DNA from: Eledone cirrhosa
Taxonomy: Eukaryota
Assembly: GCA_964016885.1 (NCBI GenBank)
Contig: OZ024744.1
Span: 131,564,001-131,628,000, forward strand
Length of the DNA stretch: 64,000 bases
Direction: 5' to 3'
A model generated the notes under the pieces. That model ran no database searches, had not been told where the DNA came from, and worked only from the letters and a program-made list of their open reading frames with translations. The position numbers were made by a program, and so were the translations under genes. Positions 38,333-49,862 of this stretch are shown in pieces (the first letter of the stretch is position 1; each line of letters opens with the position of its first letter).

Positions 38333-38756
38333 AAACCCAACTTCACTCAACCCCACCTTAACTCAACCCCAACTTAACTTAACCCCAACTTCACTCAACC
38401 CCAACTTAACTTAACCCCAACTTCACTCAACCCCAACTTAACTCAACCCCAACTTAACTTAACCCCAACTTAACTTAACCCTAACTTAACTTAACCCGAC
38501 TTAACTTAACTTCGACTTAACTTAACCCCAACTTAACTTAACCCCAACTTAACTTAACCCCAACTTAACTTAACCACAAATTAACTTAACCCCAACTTAA
38601 ATTAACCCCAACTTAAATTAACCCCAACTTAACTTAACCCCAACTTAACTTAACCCCAACTTAACTCACACCCAACTTAACTTACCCCCAACTTAACTTA
38701 ACCCCAACTTGACTTAACACCAAATTAACTTAACCCCAACTTAACTTAACCCCAAA
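38333..38756 (-). repeat. Inverted satellite island 11 (424 bp, type B)
   Basis: Left junction TTAAACCCAA shared with island 10; full length. Confidence 0.97.
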
Positions 38757-41700
38757 TTCGGGGTTAAGTTAAGTTAGGCTTAACTTAAGTTGGGGTTAAG
38801 TTAAATTGGGGGTAAGTTAAGTTCTGGGTAAGTTAAGTTGGGGTTAAGTTAAGTTGGGGTTAAGTTGGGGTTAAGTTAAGTTAGGGTTAAGTTAAGTTAG
38901 GGTTAAGTTAAGTTGGGGTTGAGTTAAGTTGGTGTTAAGTTAAGTTGGGGTTAAGTTAAGTTGGGGCTAAGTTAAGTTGGGGCTAAGTTAAGTTGGGGCT
39001 AAGTTAAGTTGGGGTTCAGTTAAGTTGGGGTTAAGTTAAGTTGGGGTTAAGTTAAGTTGGGGTCAAGTTAAGTTGGGGTTAAAATTAAGTTGGGGTTAAA
39101 TCAAGTTGGGGTTAAGTTAAGTTGGGGTTAATTTAAATTGGGGTTAAGTTAACTTTGTGGTTAAGTTAAGTTGGGGTTAAGTTAAGTTGGGGTTAAGTTA
39201 AGTTGGGGTTGAGTTAAGTTGGGGTTGAGTGAAGTTGGGGTTAAGTTAAGTTGGGGTTAAGTTGGCGTTAAGTTAAGTTGGGGTTGAATTAAGTTGGGGT
39301 TGAGTTAATTTAGGGTTAAGTTAAGTTGGGGTTAAGTTAAGTTGGGTTTAAGTTAAGTTGGGGTTAAATTAAGTTGGGGTTAAATTAAGTTGGGGTTAAG
39401 TTAAGTTGGGGGTAAGTTAAGTTGGTGTTAAGTTAAGTTGGGGTTAAGTTAAGTTGGGGTTAAGTTAAGTTGGGGTCAAGTTAAGTTGGGGTTAAAATTA
39501 AGTTGGGGTTAAGTCAAGTTGGGGTTAAGTCAAGTTTGAGTTAATTTAGTTGGGGTTAAGTTAAGTTGGGGCTAAGTTAAGTTGGGGCTAAGTTAAGTTG
39601 GGGCTGAGTTAAGTTGGGGTTAAGTTAAGTTGGGGTTAATTAAGGTGGGGTTAATTTAAGTTGGGGTTAAGTTATGTTGGTGTGAAGTTAAGTTGGGGCT
39701 AAGTTAATTTGGGGCTGAGTTAAGTTGGGGCTGAGTTAAGTTGGGGTTAATTTAAGTTGGGGTTGAGTTAAGTTGGGGTTAAGTTAAGTTGGGGTTAAGT
39801 TAAGTTGGGGTTAAGTTAAGTTGGGGTTGAGTTAAGTTGGGGTTAAGTTAAGTTGGGGTTAAGTTAAGTTGGGGTTCAGTTAAGTTGGGGTTAAGTTAAG
39901 TTGGGGTTAAGATGGGGTTAAATTAAGTTGGGGTTAAGTTAAGTTGGGGTTAAGTTAAGTTGGGGTTAAGTTAAGTTGGGGTTAAGTTAAGTCGGGGTTA
40001 AGTTAAGTCGTGGTTAAGTTAAGTTAGGGTTAAGTTAAGTTGGAGTTAAGTTAAGTTGGGGTTGAGTTAAGTTGGGGTTGAGTTAAATTGGGGTGGAGTT
40101 AAGTTGGGGTTGAGTTAAGTTGGTGTTGAGTTAAGTTGGGATTAAGTTAAGTTGGGGTTAAGTTAAGTTGCAGTTAAGTTAAGTTGAGGTTAAGTTAAGT
40201 TGGGGTTAAGTTAAGTTGGGGTTGAGTTAAGTTGGGGCTAAGTTAAGTTGGGGCTAAGTTAAGTTGGGGCTAAGTTAAGTTGGGGTTCAGTTAAGTTGGG
40301 GTTAAGTTAAGTTTGGGTTAAGTTGGGGTTAAATTAAGTTGGGGTTAAGTTAAGTTGGGGTTTAGTTAAGTTGGGGTTAAGTTAAGTTGGGGTTAATTTA
40401 AGTTGGGGTTAAGTTAAGTTGGGGTTAAGTTGGCGTTAAGTTAAGTTGGGGTTGAATTAAGTTGGGGTTGAGTTAATTTAGGGTTAAGTTAAGTTGGGGT
40501 TAAGTTAAGTTGGGTTTAAGTTAAGTTGGGGTTAAATTAAGTTGGGGTTAAATTAAGTTGGGGTTAAGTTAAGTTGGGGGTAAGTTAAGTTGGTGTTAAG
40601 TTAAGTTGGGGTTAAGTTAAGTTGGGGTTAAGTTAAGTTGGGGTCAAGTTAAGTTGGTGTTAAGTTAAGTTGGGGTTAAGTTAAGTTGGGGCTAAGTTAA
40701 GTTGGGGCTAAGTTAAGTTGGGGCTAAGTTAAGTTGGGGTTAAATTAAGTTGGGGTTAAGTTAAGGTGGGGTTAATTTAAGTTGGGGTCAACTTAAATTG
40801 GGGTTAAGTTAAGTTGGGGTTAAGTTAAGTTGGGGTTAAGTTAAGTTGGGGTTAAGTTAAGTTGGGGTTAAGTTAAGTTGGGGTTGAGTTAAGTTGGGGT
40901 TAAGTTAAGTTGGGGTTCAGTTAAGTTGATGTTAAGTTAAGTTGGGGTTAAGATGGGGTTAAATTAAGTTGGGGTTAAGTTAAGTTGGGGTTAAGTTAAG
41001 TTGGGGTTAAGTTAAGTTGGGGTTAAGTTAAGTCGGGGTTAAGTTAAGTCGGGGTTAAGTTAAGTTAGGGTTAAGTTAAGTTGGAGTTAAGTTAAGTTGG
41101 GGTTGAGTTAAGTTGGGGTTGAGTTAAATTGGGGTGGAGTTAAGTTGGGGTTGAGTTAAGTTGGTGTTGAGTTAAGTTGGGGTTAAGTTAAGTTGGGGTT
41201 AAGTTAAGTTGCAGTTAAGTTAAGTTGAGGTTAAGTTAAGTTGGGGTTAAGTTAAGTTGGGGTTAAGTTAAGTTGGGGCTAAGTTAAGTTGGGGCTAAGT
41301 TAAGTTGGGGCTAAGTTAAGTTGGGGTTCAGTTAAGTTGGGGTTAAGTTAAGTTTGGGTTAAGTTGGGGTTAAATTAAGTTGGGGTTAAGTTAAGTTGCG
41401 GTTTAGTTAAGTTGGGGTTAAGTTAAGTTGGGGTTAATTTAAGTTGGGGTTAAGTTAAGTTGGGGTTAAGTTAAGTGGTGGTTATGTTAAGTTGGGGTTA
41501 AGTTAAGTTGGGGTTAATTTAAATTGGGGTTAAGTTAACTTTGTGGTTAAGTTAAGTTGGGGTTAAGTTAAGTTAGGGTTAAGTTAAGTTGGGGTTCAGT
41601 TAAGTTGCGGTTAAGTTAAGTTGGGGTTAAGTTAAGTTGGGGTTAAGTTAAGTTGGGGTTAAGTTAAGTTGGGGTCAAGTTAAGTTGGGGTTAAGTTAAG

Positions 41701-41973
41701 TTGGGGTTAAGTTAAGTTGGTTAGTTAAGTTGAGTTTAATTTAAGTTGGGGTTAATTTAAGTTGGGGTTAAGTTAAGTTGGGGTTAAGTTAAGTTGGGGT
41801 TAGGTTAATTTGGGGTTCAGTAAAGTTGGGGTTAAGTCAAGTTGGGGTTAAGTTGGGGTTAAATTAATCTGGGGTTAAGTTATTGTTGGGGTTAAGTTAA
41901 GTTGGGGTTAAGTTAAGTTGGGGTTAAGTTAAGTTGGAGTTAAGTTAATTTGTGGTTAAGTTATGTTGGGGTT

Positions 41974-42366
41974 AACCCCAACTTCACTCAACCCCACCTT
42001 AACTCAACCCCAACTTAACTTAACCCCAACTTCACTCAACCCCAACTTAACTTAACCCCAACTTCACTCAACCCCAACTTAACTCAACCCCAACTTAACT
42101 TAACCCCAACTTAACTTAACGCTAACTTAACTTAACCCCGACTTAACTTAACTTCGACTTAACTTAACCCCAACTTAACTTAACCCCAACTTAAATTAAC
42201 CCCAACTTAACTTAACCACAAATTAACTTAACCCCAACTTAAATTAACCCCAACTTAACTTAACCCCAACTTAACTCACACCCAACTTAACTTACCCCCA
42301 ACTTAACTTAACCCCAACTTGAATTAACCCAAACTTAACTTAACCCCAACTTAACTTAACCCCAAA
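41974..42366 (-). repeat. Inverted satellite island 12 (393 bp, type A, two monomers shorter)
   Basis: TTATGTTGGGGTT|AACCCC, GAATTAAC and downstream AGGCTTCAC are shared with island 14. Confidence 0.96.
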
Positions 42367-43277
42367 TTCGGGGTTAAGTTAAGTTGGGGTTAAGTTAAGT
42401 TAGGCTTCACTTAAGTTGGGGTTATGTTAAGTTGGGGGTAAGTTAAGTTCTGGGTAAGTTAAGTTGGGGTTAAGTTAAGTTGGGGTTAAGTTGGGATTAA
42501 GTTGAGTTAGGGTTAAGTTAAGTTGGGGTTGAGTTAAGTTGGGGTTAAGTTAAGTTGGGGTTAAGTCAAGTTGGGGTTAAGTTAAGTTGGGGTTAATTTA
42601 GTTGGGGTTAAGTTAAGTTGGGGCTAAGTTAAGTTGGGGCTAAGTTAAGTTGGGGCTAAGTTAAGTTGGGGTTAAGTTAAGTTGGGGTTAATTTAAATTG
42701 GGGTTAAGTTAACTTTGTGGTTAAGTTAAGTTGGGGTTAAGTTAAGTTGGGGTTAAGTTAAGTTGGGGTTGAGTTAAGTTGGGGTTGAGTGAAGTTGGGG
42801 TTAAGTTAAGTTGGGGTTAAGTTACGTTGGCGTTAAGTTAAGTTGGGGTTGAGTTAAGTTGGGGTTGAGTTAATTTAGGGTTAAGTTAAGTTGGGGTTAA
42901 GTTAAGTTGGGTTTAAGTTAAGTTGGGGTTAAATTAAGTTGGGGTTAAATTAAGTTGGGGTTAAGTTAAGTTGGGGGTAAGTTAAGTTGGGGTTAAGTTA
43001 AGTTGGGGTTAAGTTAAGTTGGGGTTAAGTTAAGTTGGGGTTTAAATTAAGTTGGGGTTAAGTCAAGTTGGGGTTAAGTTAAGTTGGGGTTAATTTAGTT
43101 GGGGTTAAGTTAAGTTGGGGCTAAGTTAAGTTGGGGCTAAGTTAAGTTGGGGTTAAGTTGGGGTTAAATTAATTTGGGGTTAAGTTAAGTTGGGGTTAAG
43201 TTAAGTTGGGGTTATGTTAAGTTGGGGTTAAGTTAAGTTGGGGTTAAGTTAATTTGTTGTTAAGTTAAGTTGTGGTT

Positions 43278-43701
43278 AACCCCAACTTCACTCAACCCCA
43301 CCTTAACTCAACCCCAACTTAACTTAACCCCAACTTCACTCAACCCCAACTTAACTTAACCCCAACTTCACTCAACCCCAACTTAACTCAACCCCAACTT
43401 AACTTAACCCCAACTTAACTTAACCCTAACTTAACTTAACCCGACTTAACTTAACTTCGACTTAACTTAACCCCAACTTAACTTAACCCCAACTTAACTT
43501 AACCCCAACTTAACTTAACCACAAATTAACTTAACCCCAACTTAAATTAACCCCAACTTAAATTAACCCCAACTTAACTTAACCCCAACTTAACTTAACC
43601 CCAACTTAACTCACACCCAACTTAACTTACCCCCAACTTAACTTAACCCCAACTTGACTTAACACCAAATTAACTTAACCCCAACTTAACTTAACCCCAA
43701 A
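43278..43701 (-). repeat. Inverted satellite island 13 (424 bp, type B)
   Basis: Type B markers; starts only 1304 bp after the start of island 12. Confidence 0.97.
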
Positions 43702-46700
43702 TTCGGGGTTAAGTTAAGTTAGGCTTAACTTAAGTTGGGGTTAAGTTAAATTGGGGGTAAGTTAAGTTCTGGGTAAGTTAAGTTGGGGTTAAGTTAAGTT
43801 GGGGTTAAGTTGGGGTTAAGTTAAGTTAGGGTTAAGTTAAGTTGGGGTTGAGTTAAGTTGGTGTTAAGTTAAGTTGGGGTTAAGTTAAGTTGGGGCTAAG
43901 TTAAGTTGGGGCTAAGTTAAGTTGGGGCTAAGTTAAGTTGGGGTTCAGTTAAGTTGGGGTTAAGTTAAGTTGGGGTTAAGTTAAGTTGGGGTCAAGTTAA
44001 GTTGGGGTTAAAATTAAGTTGGGGTTAAATCAAGTTGGGGTTAAGTTAAGTTGGGGTTAATTTAAATTGGGGTTAAGTTAAATTTGTGGTTAAGTTAAGT
44101 TGGGGTTAAGTTAAGTTGGGGTTAAGTTAAGTTGGGGTTGAGTTAAGTTGGGGTTGAGTGAAGTTGGGGTTAAGTTAAGTTGGGGTTAAGTTGGCGTTAA
44201 GTTAAGTTGGGGTTGAATTAAGTTGGGGTTGAGTTAATTTAGGGTTAAGTTAAGTTGGGGTTAAGTTAAGTTGGGTTTAAGTTAAGTTGGGGTTAAATTA
44301 AGTTGGGGTTAAATTAAGTTGGGCTTAAGTTAAGTTGGGGGTAAGTTAAGTTGGTGTTAAGTTAAGTTGGGGTTAAGTTAAGTTGGGGTTAAGTTAAGTT
44401 GGGGTCAAGTTAAGTTGGGGTTAAAATTAAGTTGGGGTTAAGTCAAGTTGGGGTTAAGTCAAGTTTGAGTTAATTTAGTTGGGGTTAAGTTAAGTTGGGG
44501 CTAAGTTAAGTTGGGGCTAAGTTAAGTTGGGGCTGAGTTAAGTTGGGGTTAAGTTAAGTTGGGGTTAATTAAGGTGGGGTTAATTTAAGTTGGGGTTAAG
44601 TTATGTTGGTGTGAAGTTAAGTTGGGGCTAAGTTAATTTGGGGCTGAGTTAAGTTGGGGCTGAGTTAAGTTGGGGTTAATTTAAGTTGGGGTTGAGTTAA
44701 GTTGGGGTTAAGTTAAGTTGGGGTTAAGTTAAGTTGGGGTTAAGTTAAGTTGGGGTTGAGTTAAGTTGGGGTTAAGTTAAGTTGGTGTTAAGTTAAGTTG
44801 GGGTTCAGTTAAGTTGGGGTTAAGTTAAGTTGGGGTTAAGATGGGGTTAAATTAAGTTGGGGTTAAGTTAAGTTGGGGTTAAGTTAAGTTTGGGTTAAGT
44901 TAAGTTGGGGTTAAGTTAAGTCGGGGTTAAGTTAAGTCGTGGTTAAGTTAAGTTAGGGTTAAGTTAAGTTGGAGTTAAGTTAAGTTGGGGTTGAGTTAAG
45001 TTGGGGTTGAGTTAAATTGGGGTGGAGTTAAGTTGGGGTTGAGTTAAGTTGGTGTTGAGTTAAGTTGGGATTAAGTTAAGTTGGGGTTAAGTTAAGTTGC
45101 AGTTAAGTTAAGTTGAGGTTAAGTTAAGTTGGGGTTAAGTTAAGTTGGGGTTAAGTTAAGTTGGGGCTAAGTTAAGTTGGGGCTAAGTTAAGTTGGGGCT
45201 AAGTTAAGTTGGGGTTCAGTTAAGTTGGGGTTAAGTTAAGTTTGGGTTAAGTTGGGGTTAAATTAAGTTGGGGTTAAGTTAAGTTGGGGTTTAGTTAAGT
45301 TGGGGTTAAGTTAAGTTGGGGTTAATTTAAGTTGGGGTTAAGTTAAGTTGGGGTTAAGTTGGCGTTAAGTTAAGTTGGGGTTGAATTAAGTTGGGGTTGA
45401 GTTAATTTAGGGTTAAGTTAAGTTGGGGTTAAGTTAAGTTGGGTTTAAGTTAAGTTGGGGTTAAATTAAGTTGGGGTTAAATTAAGTTGGGGTTAAGTTA
45501 AGTTGGGGGTAAGGTAAGTTGGTGTTAAGTTAAGTTGGGGTTAAGTTAAGTTGGGGTTAAGTTAAGTTGGGGTCAAGTTAAGTTGGTGTTAAGTTAAGTT
45601 GGGGTTAAGTTAAGTTGGGGCTAAGTTAAGTTGGGGCTAAGTTAAGTTGGGGCTAAGTTAAGTTGGGGTTAAGTTAAGTTGGGGTTAAGTTAAGGTGGGG
45701 TTAATTTAAGTTGGGGTCAACTTAAATTGGGGTTAAGTTAAGTTGGGGTTAAGTTAAGTTGGGGTTAAGTTAAGGTGGGGTTAAGTTAAGTTGGGGTTAA
45801 GTTAAGTTGGGGTTGAGTTAAGTTGGGGTTAAGTTAAGTTGGGGTTCAGTTAAGTTGGTGTTAAGTTAAGTTGGGGTTAAGATGGGGTTAAATTAAGTTG
45901 GGGTTAAGTTAAGTTGGGGTTAAGTTAAGTTGGGGTTAAGTTAAGTTGGGGTTAAGTTAAGTCGGGGTTAAGTTAAGTCGGGGTTAAGTTAAGTTAGGGT
46001 TAAGTTAAGTTGGAGTTAAGTTAAGTTGGGGTTAAGTTAAGTTGCAGTTAAGTTAAGTTGAGGTTAAGTTAAGTTGGGGTTAAGTTAAGTTGGGGTTAAG
46101 TTAAGTTGGGGCTAAGTTAAGTTGGGGCTAAGTTAAGTTGGGGCTAAGTTAAGTTGGGGTTCAGTTAAGTTGGGGTTAAGTTAAGTTTGGGTTAAGTTGG
46201 GGTTAAATTAAGTTGGGGTTAAGTTAAGTTGGGGTTTAGTTAAGTTGGGGTTAAGGTAAGTTGGGGTTAATTTAAGTTGGGGTTAAGTTAAGTGGTGGTT
46301 ATGTTAAGTTGGGGTTAAGTTAAGTTGGGGTTAATTTAAATTGGGGTTAAGTTAACTTTGTGGTTAAGTTAAGTTGGGGTTAAGTTAAGTTAGGGTTAAG
46401 TTAAGTTGGGGTTCAGTTAAGTTGCGGTTAAGTTAAGTTGGGGTTAAGTTAAGTTGGGGTTAAGTTAAGTTGGGGTTAAGTTAAGTTGGTTAGTTAAGTT
46501 GAGTTTAATTTAAGTTGGGGTTAATTTAAGTTGGGGTTAAGTTAAGTTGGGGTTAAGTTAAGTTGGGGTTAGGTTAATTTGGGGTTCAGTTAAGTTGGGG
46601 TTAAGTCAAGTTGGGGTTAAGTTGGGGTTAAATTAATCTGGGGTTAAGTTATTGTTGGGGTTAAGTTAAGTTGGGGTTAAGTTAAGTTGGGGTTAAGTTA

Positions 46701-46742
46701 AGTTGGGGTTAAGTTAATTTGTGGTTAAGTTATGTTGGGGTT

Positions 46743-47087
46743 AACCCCAACTTCACTCAACCCCACCTTAACTCAACCCCAACTTAACTTAACCCCAACT
46801 TCACTCAACCCCAACTTAACTTAACCCCAACTTCACTCAACCCCAACTTAACTTAACCCCGACTTAACTTAACTTCGACTTAACTTAACCCCAACTTAAC
46901 TTAACCCCAACTTAAATTAACCCCAACTTAACTTAACCACAAATTAACTTAACCCCAACTTAAATTAACCCCAACTTAACTTAACCCCAACTTAACTCAC
47001 ACCCAACTTAACTTACCCCCAACTTAACTTAACCCCAACTTGAATTAACCCAAACTTAACTTAACCCCAACTTAACTTAACCCCAAA
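46743..47087 (-). repeat. Inverted satellite island 14 (345 bp, type A, five monomers shorter)
   Basis: Same private markers as island 12 plus a further 48-bp deletion. Confidence 0.96.
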
Positions 47088-49437
47088 TTCGGGGTTAAGT
47101 TAAGTTGGGGTTAAGTTAAGTTAGGCTTCACTTAAGTTGGGGTTATGTTAAGTTGGGGGTAAGTTAAGTTCTGGGTAAGTTAAGTTGGGGTTAAGTTGGG
47201 ATTAAGTTGAGTTAGGGTTAAGTTAAGTTGGGGTTGAGTTAAGTTGGGGTTAAGTTAAGTTGGGGTTAAGTCAAGTTGGGGTTAAGTTAAGTTGGGGTTA
47301 ATTTAGTTGGGGTTAAGTTAAGTTGGGGCTAAGTTAAGTTGGGGCTAAGTTAAGTTGGGGCTAAGTTAAGTTGGGGTTAAGTTAAGTTGGGGTTAATTTA
47401 AATTGGGGTTAAGTTAACTTTGTGGTTAAGTTAAGTTGGGGTTAAGTTAAGTTGGGGTTAAGTTAAGTTGGGGTTGAGTTAAGTTGGGGTTGAGTGAAGT
47501 TGGGGTTAAGTTAAGTTGGGGTTAAGTTACGTTGGCGTTAAGTTAAGTTGGGGTTGAGTTAAGTTGGGGTTGAGTTAATTTAGGGTTAAGTTAAGTTGGG
47601 GTTAAGTTAAGTTGGGTTTAAGTTAAGTTGGGGTTAAATTAAGTTGGGGTTAAATTAAGTTGGGGTTAAGTTAAGTTGGGGGTAAGTTAAGTTGGGGTTA
47701 AGTTAAGTTGGGGTTAAGTTAAGTTGGGGTTAAGTTAAGTTGGGGTCAAGTTAAGTTGGGGTTTAAATTAAGTTGGGGTTAAGTCAAGTTGGGGTTAAGT
47801 TAAGTTGGGGTTAACTTAGTTGGGGTTAAGTTAAGTTGGGGCTAAGTTAAGTTGGGGCTAAGTTAAGTTGGGGCTAAGTTAAGTTGGGGTTAAGTTAAGT
47901 TTAGGTTAAGTTAAGGTGGGGTTAATTTAAGTTGGGTTAACTTAAATTGGGGTTAAGTTAAGTTGGGGTTAAGTTAAGTTGGGGTTAAGTTAAGTTGGGG
48001 TTAAGTTAAGTTGGTGTTAAGTTAAGTTGGGGCTAAGTTAAGTTGGGGCTGAGTTAAGTTGGGGCTGAGTTAAGTTGGGGTTAAGTTAAGTTGGGGTTGA
48101 GTTAAGTTGGGGTTAAGTTAAGTTGGCGTTAAGTTAAGTTGGGGTTAAGTTAAGTTGGGGTTAAGTTAAGTTGGTGTTGAGTTAAGTTGGGGTTAAGTTA
48201 AGTTGGGGTTCAGTTAAGTTGGGGTTAAGTTAAGTTGGGGTTAAGATGGGGTTAAATTAAGTTGGGGTTAAGTTAAGTTGGGGTTAAGTTTAGTTGGGGT
48301 TAAGTTAAGTTGGGGTTAAGTTAAGTCGGGGTTAAGTTCAGTCGGGGTTAAGTTAAGTTAGGGTTAAGTTAAGTTGGAGTTAAGTTAAGTTGGGGTTGAG
48401 TTAAGTTGGGGTTGAGTTAAATTGGGGTTAAGTTAAGTTGGGGCTAAGTTAAATTGGGGTTAAGTTAAGTTGGGGTTAAGTTAAGTTGCAGTTAAGTTAA
48501 GTTGAGGTTAAGTTAAGTTGGGGTTAAGTTAAGTTGGGGTTAAGTTAAGTTGGGGCTAAGTTAAGTTGGGGTTGAGTTAAGTTGGGGTTAAGTTAAGTTG
48601 GGGTTATGTTAAGTTGGGGTTAAGTTAAGTTGCGGTTAAGTTAAGTTGGGGTTAAGTTGGGGTTAAGTTAAGTGGTGGTTATGTTAAGTTGGGGTTAAGT
48701 TAAGTTGGGGTTAATTTAAATTGGGGTTAAGTTAACTTTGTGGTTAAGTTAAGTTGGGGCTAAATTAAGTTGGGGCCAAGTTAAGTTGGGGCTAAGTTAA
48801 GTTGGGGTTCAGTTAAGTTGGGGTTAAGTTAAGTTTGGGTTAAGTTGGGGTTAAATTAAGTTGGGGTTAAGTTAAGTTGGGGTTTAGTTAAGTTGGGGTT
48901 AAGTTAAGTTGGGGTTAATTTAAGTTGGGGTTAAGTTAAGTGGTGGTTATGTTAAGTTGGGGTTAAGTTAAGTTGGGGTTAATTTAAATTGGGGTTAAGT
49001 TAACTTTGTGGTTAAGTTAAGTTGGGGTTAAGTTAAGTTGGGGTTAAGTTAAGTTGGGGTTCAGTTAAGTTGCGGTTAAGTTAAGTTGCGGTTAAGTTAA
49101 GTTGGGGTTAAGTTAAGTTGGGGTTAAGTTAAGTTGGGGTCAAGTTAAGCTGGGGTTAAGTTAAGTTGGGGTTAAGTTAAGTTGGTTAGTTAAGTTGAGT
49201 TTAAGTTAAGTTGGGGTTAATTTAAGTTGGGTTTAAGTTAAGTTGGGGTTAAGTTAAGTTGGGGTTAAGTTAAGTTGGGGTTAAGTTAATTTGGGGTTCA
49301 GTTAAGTTGGGGTTAAGTCAAGTTGGGGTTAAGTTGGGGTTAAATTAATTTGGGGTTAAGTTAAGTTGGGGTTAAGTTAAGTTGGGGTTAAGTTAAGTTG
49401 GGGTTAAGTTAATTTGTGGTTAAGTTAAGTTGGGGTT

Positions 49438-49862
49438 AAGCCCAAATTCACTCAACCCCACCTTAACTCAACCCCAACTTAACTTAACCCCAACTTCACT
49501 CAACCCCAACTTAACTTAACGCCAACTTCACTCAACCCCAACTTAACTCAACCCCAACTTAACTTAACCCCAACTTAACTTAACCCTAACTTAACTTAAC
49601 CCCGACTTAACTTAACTTCGACTTAACTTAACCCCAACTTAACTTAACCCCAACTTAACTTAACCCCAACTTAACTTAACCACAAATTAACTTAACCCCA
49701 ACTTAAATTAACCCCAACTTAAATTAACCCCAACTTAACTTAACCCCAACTTAACTTAACCCCAACTTAACTCACACCCAACTTAACTTACCCCCAACTT
49801 AACTTAACCCCAACTTGACTTAACCCAAACTTAACTTAACCCCAACTTAACTTAACCCCAAA
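49438..49862 (-). repeat. Inverted satellite island 15 (425 bp, type A)
   Basis: Mutated left junction GGGGTTAAGCCCAAATTCAC; AACGCCAAC shared with island 16. Confidence 0.96.
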
